A stretch of DNA of 64,000 bases, taken from NCBI GenBank assembly GCA_963836205.1, contig CAWIIV010000024.1, positions 128,001 through 192,000 of the forward strand. Reading direction: 5' to 3'. Position numbers and translations under genes: made by a program. The notes under the pieces were generated by a model. The model was not told where the DNA came from. It saw only the letters and a list, made by a program, of their open reading frames with translations, and did not search any database. Below, one piece after another: positions 11,578 to 20,518 of this stretch; positions within the stretch are counted from its first letter, which is position 1, and each line of letters starts with the position of its first letter. The DNA is from an uncultured Acidimicrobiia bacterium. GTDB taxonomy: Bacteria; Actinomycetota; Acidimicrobiia; Acidimicrobiales; AC-14.

Positions 11578-12773
11578 GAGAAGTCCCGGGCCGACGGGAG
11601 ACTCACCCGGCGCACGGCCACGAACAGGGCCAGCCCGCCGATCACGATCGACGCCAGCAGCCACGCCACCCACAGGCGCACGCCGGCCACCTCCGCCTGG
11701 GGCCGGACCGGCTCGTCGAACTGCCCGAGCGGGATGCCGTCACCGATCCCGTCCCCGGGGTCGATGATCACCTGGCCACCCGCCGCGTTGAGGATCGCGA
11801 TCTGGCTGCGGATCTCTGCGTCCGCCGGGAGGTCGGGCGCCGGCACCGGCATGGTGGTCATGGGCGGTGCCGGCAGGAAGGGCTCGGCCATGGCCGTCGC
11901 CGGCACCGGCATCGGGACCGGCCGCACGTCGACGCCTGCGAATCCCATCCCGGAGTCGGTGGCGAACCCGAAGCTGTCCGGCCGGACCAGATCGGCCAGC
12001 GCGGTGAACGGCGAGTCGATGGAATTGGTGGCGGTTCGCCCTTGCACCACGTCGGCGGTTGCCACGAACGGGTTCAGGGCCAGCACCGCCGGCGAGGCCC
12101 GGTCGATGGGCCCGTCCATGGCCCGCTGCCCGCCGTAGACGATGAACGTCCCCACCGTGAGGGCGGCGGTGAGCCCGTAGGCGATGACGGTGGCGGCCTG
12201 GGTGCGGCGGAGGAGGGCGGAGCAGGCGACGCTGAGGCAGGCCAGCACCACTGCCGTGAGCAGGACCATCGCCACGCCCTTGAGCACCTCGGCCACCGAC
12301 ACCCCGCCCACGAGGAAGGGGACGCTGAGCAGGGGCAGGCTGGCCACCACCAGGAAGGCGGTGAACGCCAGCGACGAGAGCAGCTTGCCCAGGACGATCG
12401 ACCGGGGCCGCAGCAGCGTGACCTGGAGCGAGACGAGCGTCTGCCGCTCCCGCTCGCCGGAGATCGCCGAGGCGGTGAGCCCGGGGACGATGAAGCACAC
12501 CAGCATGAGCATGAAGAACAGCAGCCAGTGGAAGATCGAGCGCCCGACCGAGGCCGACGCCAACGGGTCGGCGAACCCCGAGCCCGACAACGAGTTCGAC
12601 GCGCCCAGGTACACGAAGCGCAGGATGAGGGCGAGGATGGCCAGGTAGGCGGTGACGACCAGCCACGTCAGCCGGCCCCGCATGCGCTGCTTGAGCTCGC
12701 GGGCCAGCACCGGGTTGAGGGGCGGCAGGGCGCGTCGAAGGGAGGCCAACGAAGCTGTCCCAGTAGGTCTCAT
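11574..12773 (-). CDS. ABC-2 type transporter permease
   Basis: NPVLARELKQRMRG, ISGERERQTLVSLQVT, IVLGKL; multiple TM helices. Confidence 0.88.
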   Translation of the reverse strand: MRPTGTASLASLRRALPPLNPVLARELKQRMRGRLTWLVVTAYLAILALILRFVYLGASNSLSGSGFADPLASASVGRSIFHWLLFFMLMLVCFIVPGLTASAISGERERQTLVSLQVTLLRPRSIVLGKLLSSLAFTAFLVVASLPLLSVPFLVGGVSVAEVLKGVAMVLLTAVVLACLSVACSALLRRTQAATVIAYGLTAALTVGTFIVYGGQRAMDGPIDRASPAVLALNPFVATADVVQGRTATNSIDSPFTALADLVRPDSFGFATDSGMGFAGVDVRPVPMPVPATAMAEPFLPAPPMTTMPVPAPDLPADAEIRSQIAILNAAGGQVIIDPGDGIGDGIPLGQFDEPVRPQAEVAGVRLWVAWLLASIVIGGLALFVAVRRVSLPSARDFS

Positions 12774-13699
12774 TGGAGCGTGCCTTCCGTCACCTGCATG
12801 AACACGTCCTCCAGCCCCGACCCGTCGACCCGGAACTCGACCACGGCCAGGCCTTCGTCGACCACCAGCCGGCGCAGGAGGGCCTGCTGCTCGTCCTCGT
12901 CGGCGACGGTGAAGGTGCGCACCTCGCCGCCGGCCAGGGTCACGGTGACCTGGCGCCCGGCGACCGCCGTCAGCCGGGCTCCGATCTCCTTGGGCGGCCC
13001 GACGGCCAGCAGCCGGCCCGCCTCCATGATGGCGATGTGGCTGCACATCTCCTCCATCTCGGAGAGGATGTGGGAGCTGATCACGACGGTCTTGCCCATC
13101 GACTGGAGCTCGGCCAGCAGCCCCCGCAGCTCCACCCGGGCCCGGGGGTCGAGGCCGCTGGCGGGCTCGTCGAGCAGGAGCACCTCGGGGTCGTGGACGA
13201 GGGCCCGGGCCAGGGCCAGGCGTTGCTTCATGCCCCGCGACAGCGACTCCACCATGGCCGTGCGCTTGACCTCGAGCCCGACCAGCTCCAGCAGGCCGTC
13301 GACCAGGCCCTTCCACCCCGGCCGGGGCAGCGAGTAGGCGGCGGCGAAGAACTCCAGGTACTCCTGCACCGACAGGTTGTCGTAGACGCCGAGGACGTCG
13401 GGCATGTAGCCCACCTTCCGGCGCACGCCCCGGGGGTCGGTCACCGGATCGCAGCCGGCCACCCGGGCCGTGCCCGAGGTGGGCGTGAGCACCGACGCCA
13501 GGATCGACAGGGTGGTGCTCTTCCCCGCCCCGTTGGGACCGATGAGCCCGAACACGCTCCCCGCCGGCACCTCCAGGCTCAGGTCGCGCACCGCGAACAG
13601 GTCGCCGAAGCGCTTGGTCAGGCCCACGGTGCGGACGGCGAAGGCGGGGCCGACCTCGGACGGCTCGTCGACCTCGTCCACCGCCACCACGTCGGTCAT
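12770..13699 (-). CDS. ABC transporter ATP-binding protein
   Basis: GPNGAGKST, LSRGMKQR, LLLDEP, SSH. Confidence 0.93.
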   Translation of the reverse strand: MTDVVAVDEVDEPSEVGPAFAVRTVGLTKRFGDLFAVRDLSLEVPAGSVFGLIGPNGAGKSTTLSILASVLTPTSGTARVAGCDPVTDPRGVRRKVGYMPDVLGVYDNLSVQEYLEFFAAAYSLPRPGWKGLVDGLLELVGLEVKRTAMVESLSRGMKQRLALARALVHDPEVLLLDEPASGLDPRARVELRGLLAELQSMGKTVVISSHILSEMEEMCSHIAIMEAGRLLAVGPPKEIGARLTAVAGRQVTVTLAGGEVRTFTVADEDEQQALLRRLVVDEGLAVVEFRVDGSGLEDVFMQVTEGTLQ

Positions 13700-15861
13700 G
13701 TGCCCTCCCGCACGGTGAAGAGGCCGTTGACGTCGACGAGCGAGGTGAACGCCGGGAAGCGCAGCCACACCACGTCGCCCTGGACCGCGCCGGCAGGGAG
13801 GGCGAAGGCGGCCGACCCGCCGTTGCCACCGGCGCCGGCCAATGGCGTGAGCGTCCGCCAGCCCCCGTCCTGCCACACCTCCACCTCGGGGCCGGGGACG
13901 CGGGTGGTGAGCCGGGTCAGGTCGGGCGTGCGTCCGCCCCGGTCGGCGTCGCGGAGCACGAAGCGGGTGACGTAGGACTCGGCCTGCCCCTTCCGGAAGT
14001 CGGCGGCGCGCACGACCTCCCGGCGGACGTCGAGGGCGGTGCTGTCGGCCGGGACCTCGACCCGGTTACGGCCCAGGACGACGGAGCGCCCGCCGCCGGC
14101 GTCGCGGCCGTCGACCTCGACCGGCGGCGCGAACGACCGGGTCCAGCCGGCGGCGAGCACCTCGCCCGGTCCCCGGAACTCGGGTCCGCTGATGGCCTCC
14201 GCCGTCTGCCACAGGCTCCAGTCGACGGTGCTGTCGGAGTCGGGGTCGAAGCCGCCGAACAGGTTCCAGACCCGTCCCTCCACGCCGCCCTCGCCGCCGA
14301 AGAGGAAGTTGGCGTCGGTCTCGGCGATGCGCCAGTCCCGTTCCTCACCCGGCTCCAGCCGGCCGACCAGGGTGCCGCCGGTGCCGACGAACACGCCCAC
14401 CTCGTCGAGCACCCACGAGGTCGCGTTCTTGACCCGGCCCGACGCCTGGCCCGGGGCCATGGCCACCGCCGAAACCTCGAGGATGCCCTCGGTCGCCACC
14501 GGCCCGGTGGAGGGGACGATGCCGAACTGGCCGGCGTCGAGGGGGAGTGAGCCTTCGAGACCGTCCGGCGTGACGGTGACCGACGAGAACGAGTTGGTGC
14601 TCCCGATGTCGGACTCGCCGCCGGGGGCCCATCCCGGGCCGAGGCGGATGCGCGACGTCTGGCCGCCGGCGGAGAACACTCCCGTCCACGTGGACGCCGT
14701 CGCCCCGTTCACGCCGGTGGACACCACGCTGGTGTGGACCTGACGGGTCGTGGCCCGCAGGTCACGTCCCCCGACGTAGCTGCCGGCGGTGAACATGACC
14801 GCCACCAGGGGGACGGCGACCCAGGCCAGCTCGGGATGGCCCCGGCGGCGGACGACGAGGAACGCGATCGGACCCGCCACCAGCACATACAGGACGAGGA
14901 AGGCGACCAGCCAGCCCAGCCGGGGGACCTGCAGCCCGGCCTCGTTGGCGAGGGTCTGGCCCACCAGGGTGTCGCCGAAGCGCATGGAGGGGTCACCGGT
15001 GACGGCCCAGCCGGTGGGCTCCACCAGCCCCGTCCACTGCCCGCCGGCGATGGCGCCGCCGGTGAGCCGGACCTCGCCCCGCCCTGCCGCCGACCGCCCG
15101 TCGGTGCCCGGCTGCCAGCTCGGGGGCAGACCCTCCACCGACTGGCCCCGGTCGGCGTCGACCAGGAGGTGGCCTCCCTGCTCGACCCAGGCCAGCACCG
15201 CGGCGCGGGTGTCGACCGGCATCCGGGCCAGCTCGTCGGCCGCGGCCCCGATGGTGCTCACCGGGCCCAGGCTGCCGGGGGCCTGGGCCAGCTCGGCGGC
15301 GCCGACGGCGGTGAAACGGGCGGTGCCGGCGTCGACGGCGAGGGGGGCCGGGCCGGGGACGCTGCGCCCGCCGAGGGCCCCCGGGAGCAGCCCGACCAGC
15401 TCCTGCCCGGTCGAGCTCTGCAGCACACCGTCGCCGGTGGCGATCTCGTCCGACCCGTCCCGGAGCAGGGCCTGGACGCCGATGGCCCCGTCGAACCGGA
15501 ACGACTGCCAGGCGGGCATGACGACGAGGAACTCCTTGGTGCTGCCGCCGGGAACCTCGACCGGGATGGCCACCGGAGTGCCGCCGGCGGTCCCGACCTC
15601 CAACCGTCCCCGCACCAGGCGGTCGGCCGTCACCTGCACCCGCACCGCCAGCGGCCGGCCGGGGACGTAGGACCCGTCGTAGGCGCCGACGACCTTGAGC
15701 GACGTGGCCGCCGCCGCCGGGCCGGCCGCGGGGCCGAGGGTCAGGAGGAGGGGGACGATCGCGAGCGCGACGAGTCCGAGCCGCCTGGGCCAGCCTCGAT
15801 TGGGCCAGCCTCGATCGGGCCAGCGATCTCGCACGTCCGTTCCTCGGCTTTCTCCCGCCAC
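13696..15861 (-). CDS. secreted/membrane protein of the MoxR-ABC operon (GATase-like extracellular region)
   Basis: Signal-like N-terminus, LAWVEQGGHLLV, TM pair LVAFLVLYVLVAGP...AWVAVP; coupled to the ABC ATPase; start uncertain. Confidence 0.75.
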   Translation of the reverse strand: MAGESRGTDVRDRWPDRGWPNRGWPRRLGLVALAIVPLLLTLGPAAGPAAAATSLKVVGAYDGSYVPGRPLAVRVQVTADRLVRGRLEVGTAGGTPVAIPVEVPGGSTKEFLVVMPAWQSFRFDGAIGVQALLRDGSDEIATGDGVLQSSTGQELVGLLPGALGGRSVPGPAPLAVDAGTARFTAVGAAELAQAPGSLGPVSTIGAAADELARMPVDTRAAVLAWVEQGGHLLVDADRGQSVEGLPPSWQPGTDGRSAAGRGEVRLTGGAIAGGQWTGLVEPTGWAVTGDPSMRFGDTLVGQTLANEAGLQVPRLGWLVAFLVLYVLVAGPIAFLVVRRRGHPELAWVAVPLVAVMFTAGSYVGGRDLRATTRQVHTSVVSTGVNGATASTWTGVFSAGGQTSRIRLGPGWAPGGESDIGSTNSFSSVTVTPDGLEGSLPLDAGQFGIVPSTGPVATEGILEVSAVAMAPGQASGRVKNATSWVLDEVGVFVGTGGTLVGRLEPGEERDWRIAETDANFLFGGEGGVEGRVWNLFGGFDPDSDSTVDWSLWQTAEAISGPEFRGPGEVLAAGWTRSFAPPVEVDGRDAGGGRSVVLGRNRVEVPADSTALDVRREVVRAADFRKGQAESYVTRFVLRDADRGGRTPDLTRLTTRVPGPEVEVWQDGGWRTLTPLAGAGGNGGSAAFALPAGAVQGDVVWLRFPAFTSLVDVNGLFTVREGT

Positions 15862-16040
15862 CCGCAGGTACGACGTCGGCTGGCCACGCCCGGTTCCCGG
15901 CCCGCGGCCGGATTCCCGGATAGGCCCCGACGGTACCGGGCCGCCCGTCCGATGAGGTGGCGCGGCCCACGCCCGTGGCTCAGGGCATCCTCCCGGGAAC
16001 CCCCGAGGATCGTCACAGGCCGGACCCCGAGGATGCGGCC

Positions 16041-16938
16041 ATGCGCACGCGAATCGTCCTGGCCACGACCCTGATCGTGGCGGCGGTGGGAATCGGAGCG
16101 GCCTCGGGATCGACCGGCGGGAGCCGGCCGGCCGCGGTCGCCGTAGCCGTCAGCCAGGTGGCTGCGACCGGCTCGCCGGCCGCGACCCGCCTCGTCGGTG
16201 AAGGTGCTGGCCGCGGCGGGTGCGTTGGTGTACCTCCACGACCTCGGGTTCTCGGGGCAGGCGAGGGTGACGATGGACGGCGAGACCTTCACCGTCGCCG
16301 ACGTCTACCGGGCGGCCATCGTCGACGGCGAGAGCGCGGCCTACGACACCCTGGTCCGGATCGCAGGCGTGGACTGGCTCAACACCCGGTTCCTCGCCGC
16401 CGCCAACGGCTTTCCGAGGACGGTGATCCAGCGGTCGTACACCGGCCTGGGCGTGCCCTGGTCGCCGGCCATGCGGATCGTCGAGGGCTCCCGTTCCCGG
16501 ACGGTGGCGGCCCGGACCGCCACCGGTACCTACGACTGTTCCGACGACGGCAACTGCTCGAACCTCCTCGAGCTGACGGAGTCCGTGCGCCGGGTCGTGC
16601 TCGACGCCGAGCTCCCGGCCGCCGAGCGGTTCGACCTGGACCCGTCCGACATCGCCGGCCTGTCCGCGGCCCTGCTGCACGCCAACGGGTTCGTCGGTCC
16701 CGCCGCCGCCTAGGTCCTGGGTCGGACGCCCTTGTCTACGACAAGCCCGGATACGTACCTGGCGACGCGTGCGTCGACGCGTCCGTCGTCATCGATCCGA
16801 CGACCGGCGAGCGCTACGTCCTGGGGATCGCCACCCCCGAGGACGGTCCCGACTTGCCAGGCCCTGGGTGCGATCGCTGCCGCCACCCTCGACTTCCTCA
16901 CACCGCCGGCGGGTCCGGGAGGGGTTGCTCAAGGGTGA
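16041..16938 (+). pseudogene. degraded serine hydrolase (class A beta-lactamase-like fold)
   Basis: Signal peptide, then ASSVKV (SxxK) in another frame, TAG at 16711, DKPG (KTG-like) back in the first frame; several breaks. Confidence 0.6.
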
Positions 16939-17836
16939 GGACGGGCCCGAACAGGTCGCCGTGCTCGGTCACCCGGTCGAGGACCGCGGGGGCCTCGAAG
17001 ACGAGGGAGTCGGCGTCGCCGCTGGTGGCGGCTTCGGCCACCTCGTCCCACGTCACGGGCGTCGACACCGTGGGGCGGGGACGGGCCCGGAGGGAGTAGA
17101 TCGAGATGGTGGTCTTGTGCTCGTCGTTCTGGCTCCAGTCGATGAAGACCTTGCCCGTGCGCAGCTCCTTCTTCATCAGCGACAGGATCTGCTTGGGATG
17201 CTCGGCCTCGAGCAGGCGGGCGAGGGCGTGGGCGAAGGGCTTCGTGTCGTCGTAGGTGACGGTGGTGTTGAGGGGCACGTAGATCTGGAGCCCCTTCGAC
17301 CCCGACGTCTTGGGGAACGATTGAAGTCCGAGCCCGTCGAGAGCCTCCTTGAGGAGCAGCCCGACCTGGCAACACTCGAGGAGGGCGGCCGGCGGGCCGG
17401 GGTCGAGGTCGAAGACCAACATCGTCGGCCGCTGGTTCTCGGGCGCCCGCGACAACGACGGGTGGAGCTCGAGGGCGGCCAGGTTGGCCATCCACACGAG
17501 GGTGGGGAGGTCGTCGGCGACGCAATAGTCCATGAGCTCGTTCTTGCGCCCGGCGTACACCGGCGTGGTCGCCACCCACGGTGGCCGGTGCTTCGGACAG
17601 TTCTTCTCGTAGAAGAACTGGCTGGCCACGCCATTCGGATAGCGCTTGAGCGTCAGCGGCCGCCCTTGGAGGTGGGGCACGAGCACGTCCGCGATGCGGG
17701 TGTAGTAGTCGATCACCTGGCCCTTGGTGAATCCGGCCTCGGGATACAGCACCTTCTCAAGGTTGGAGAGCGAGAGCTGCCGCCCCCCGACCTCGACCAC
17801 CACCTCCGTCTTGCCCCCGCTCGACGACGGACTCAT
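16898..17836 (-). CDS. ligD: NHEJ LigD polymerase/primase domain, stand-alone
   Basis: LSNLEKVLYP, KRYPNGV...FYEK, ALELHP, FDLDPG, KTSGSKGLQIY, FIDWSQN. Confidence 0.92.
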   Translation of the reverse strand: MSPSSSGGKTEVVVEVGGRQLSLSNLEKVLYPEAGFTKGQVIDYYTRIADVLVPHLQGRPLTLKRYPNGVASQFFYEKNCPKHRPPWVATTPVYAGRKNELMDYCVADDLPTLVWMANLAALELHPSLSRAPENQRPTMLVFDLDPGPPAALLECCQVGLLLKEALDGLGLQSFPKTSGSKGLQIYVPLNTTVTYDDTKPFAHALARLLEAEHPKQILSLMKKELRTGKVFIDWSQNDEHKTTISIYSLRARPRPTVSTPVTWDEVAEAATSGDADSLVFEAPAVLDRVTEHGDLFGPVLTLEQPLPDPPAV

Positions 17837-18652
17837 GAGACTCGATGCTACGGCGAGGGCAGGTGGATGGCGGGGACAGGGTGGCCGGGTCTCCCCGCGC
17901 CACGAGGCACATAGCGAATGCGCCCGCCAAGGGCGGGCTCGTGGCGAACCTAAGATTTAGGTGCAGGAGCGCAGCCTTTACGACTCGTGGGGGGACGGCG
18001 ATCCTCCGGGCATGGCCGATCGAGGAACGGGCCTATTGATAGCAGGAAGGGGAATGCTCCTACTCCTCATCGGTTTCGCGCCACTGCTACAAGCTCCTGG
18101 CACGCGTGGATCCGCCGGGTCGGAAGTTGACGGTCGATATACGGTATGGCGACGCCGTTTCAGAGCGGGCACGAAACAGATCGCACTCATCTGCGGGAAA
18201 AACAGCCCTAGGTGGGATCGTGGTTGTTGTCGGAGTCATCGTCGAGGCCATTGCTTAGCCGTGTTCCGAGGTTCCCTCGACCGCTTCTCCAGGGCGCCCG
18301 CATCCGGACCCGTTTGGGGGATCTCGTCTGAGTGGAGAGAGGGGATCCGCGTCGCCCGGCAACCGACAAAGACGCAGGTAAGGGAGCCTATGGCGCGGGC
18401 CCTCCCTCCTTCCGCTCCAGGTCCGAGGAGCCTTCTCGGCGACCCGTTCCTCCAGGAGCGGAGAACCTTGTTTGGTCCGATCCGTCACCAGATGAGAGCC
18501 GAGGCCAGCCGAGGTTCGGAACCTTGTCTCACAAGGGTGTCTTCGATGACTCCCGCTCCCCTAGGACGGTGGGGCGCCCCGATCACGACTTGATACTAGG
18601 CGCTCAATCGGCGTGTCTGTCTTTCATCTGCTCAAGAATTGAGGAAATCGAC

Positions 18653-18682
18653 TTGCGAAGCAAACGTGTGTTCGACTATAAT
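18653..18682 (+). promoter_or_regulatory. sigma70-type promoter with a LexA (SOS) box in the spacer
   Basis: TTGCGA-N18-TATAAT; spacer contains GCAAAC-GTGT-GTTCGA, close to the actinobacterial TCGAAC-N4-GTTCGA consensus. Confidence 0.7.
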
Positions 18683-18689
18683 CGTACCT

Positions 18690-19967
18690 ATGGGCGAGTG
18701 CTCAGAGAGTGAGGCCAAGGCGGTCCGGTTGGAGGCCGAGATCGCCGAGGTGTGCGGGATGATCAATGCCGCTACCGCTCGGTTGGTTCGGCTTCTGGGT
18801 GAGGTTTTGGCGACGGGGTCGTGGGAGGGTGCGGGCATTCGCTCGCCGGAGCAATGGGTGGCCTGGAAGTGCGGGGTCGGTCCGGCTCGGGCACGGTCGT
18901 TGGTGGCGATGGCCCGGCGGCTCCCGGAGTTGCCCGAGACTCGAACCTCGTTCGAGGCGGGCGAGCTGACGGAGGACCAAGTGGCGGTCATCGCCCGTCG
19001 TGCACCTGCGTCGACCGATGCCGAGGTGGCCGAGCTCGCCCGGCAGGCCACCGTGTGCCAACTCGGGCGTGTCCTCAATGGATACCGCTTCGCCGAGGAA
19101 TCCGAGACGACCAAGGCCCAGCCGGCGGCCGAGCAGCCGGCTCCGGAGGTGCCCGAGGAGCAGCGGCGGGTCAGCTTCGGCTACGACGACGACGGCGGAT
19201 GGCGGCTGTCAGCGGTGTTGCCGGCCGACGAGGGCGCGCTCTGGGAACGGGCGCTGACCGAGGCGAGGGAGTCGTTGTTCCGGGCGCAGCAGTCCGACGA
19301 GCACGACCGGCGGATCGCTGTGGGGTGGGCCGACGCCCTCGTGGCGGTTGCCGACCGGAGCCTGGCCGAGGGTGCCGCCGTGCGGCCCCACCGCGACCGG
19401 CATCTGGTGATGGTCCACGTCGGAGCGAGCCCCAGCGGTGCTGTCGGGGGCCATCTGCACCTCGGCCCCGAGTTGCCTGCCGGTCTGCGGCAGTACATCA
19501 GCTGCGACGGGCGTGTGCGGGCCGTCTTCGAGGCGAGTGGCACGCCGGTCAGCGTCGGCCGGTCGTATCGCACGGTGCCCGATCGCACGCGTGCCGTCAT
19601 CGAGGAACGAGACCGCGGGTGCCGGGTGCCCGGTTGCGATCGTAGGCGGTGGTTGCACGTCCACCACATTCGCCATTGGGAGGATGGCGGGCCATCCGAT
19701 ACTCCCAATCTTCTGGCCCTGTGCTCGTTCCATCACCGGCTTCTCCACCGGGGCGGCCTCAGGATAACGGGGAATGCCGACGAGCCCGACGGGCTGATGT
19801 TCGCCGATCATCGCGGGCGGCGGCTTGCCACCAACGGTCGGCCGATACCGCCGAATGGTTCGTTCACCGACGCCGCCCGCCACCTGGGCATCCCCGAACC
19901 AAGCTGGAGCCCTCCATCCGGCGAGCGCCACGACCCCCGGGCCGTGTACTTCAACGATTCCCCGTAG
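18690..19967 (+). CDS. DUF222 + HNH endonuclease (13E12 repeat-like family)
   Basis: DUF222-like N-terminus; C-terminal RDRGCRVPGC...HVHHIRHWEDGGPSDTPNLLALCSFHH. Confidence 0.9.
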   Translation: MGECSESEAKAVRLEAEIAEVCGMINAATARLVRLLGEVLATGSWEGAGIRSPEQWVAWKCGVGPARARSLVAMARRLPELPETRTSFEAGELTEDQVAVIARRAPASTDAEVAELARQATVCQLGRVLNGYRFAEESETTKAQPAAEQPAPEVPEEQRRVSFGYDDDGGWRLSAVLPADEGALWERALTEARESLFRAQQSDEHDRRIAVGWADALVAVADRSLAEGAAVRPHRDRHLVMVHVGASPSGAVGGHLHLGPELPAGLRQYISCDGRVRAVFEASGTPVSVGRSYRTVPDRTRAVIEERDRGCRVPGCDRRRWLHVHHIRHWEDGGPSDTPNLLALCSFHHRLLHRGGLRITGNADEPDGLMFADHRGRRLATNGRPIPPNGSFTDAARHLGIPEPSWSPPSGERHDPRAVYFNDSP

Positions 19968-20518
19968 ACGTGGAACGACGGGACACCGACTTCGAAGATC
20001 CCGCCGCGGACCTTCGCGCGTCAGTGCCCCGTCGGCCCCGGCACGGCGTGCTACACGACGGTTGTCGGGGAGCGGCCGAGGGGCCGGCACCCTGACGTCC
20101 GGAACGTCGTGTGCGGCGGGGGTGGCAGGCCGGGGCAGGATGCGCACGGGCGGCGCGTCGTGCCGGCGTGGGGCCGAGCGCTCAGACGGTTGGTGGCCAG
20201 GCGTTTCGTGCTCCGGCAACGTCGAAAACGAGTCATGTCGAGCGACCCCCCGATCGCAACACCCCAGTGACTGGGCAGCGTCCGGCCCGACCAACCAGGG
20301 TTGACGTTGAATCCAGCCTCCTGATCGCCCGCCGCCCGGATTCGACCTCCGCCGTGTCCTCCGGTCTGCGATCAGGTGGTTGGCACCGTCACCCTGGTTG
20401 GTCGAGTGTCGGACACCCGCCTGAGCCACAGCCTCGTCGCCCGTCCCCGCCGGCGCATCGGGAGGATGCCTTATGTCGGCGGCCGCGACTCCTTACTTCG
20501 GCCCCTCACTTCCGCCCC

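Noticed and set aside
15787-15828. 15-bp repeat GGGCCAGCCTCGAT(T/C), about 2.5 copies
   Set aside because: Short slippage duplication in a signal-peptide n-region (RGWP repeats); no evident function
17961-18593. 210-aa ORF in the low-GC gap
   Set aside because: No recognisable motif, atypical codon usage and no clear RBS
18690-19967. DUF222-HNH gene as an IS or Cas9/IscB-like nuclease
   Set aside because: No RuvC or DDE motifs, terminal inverted repeats or target duplication identified
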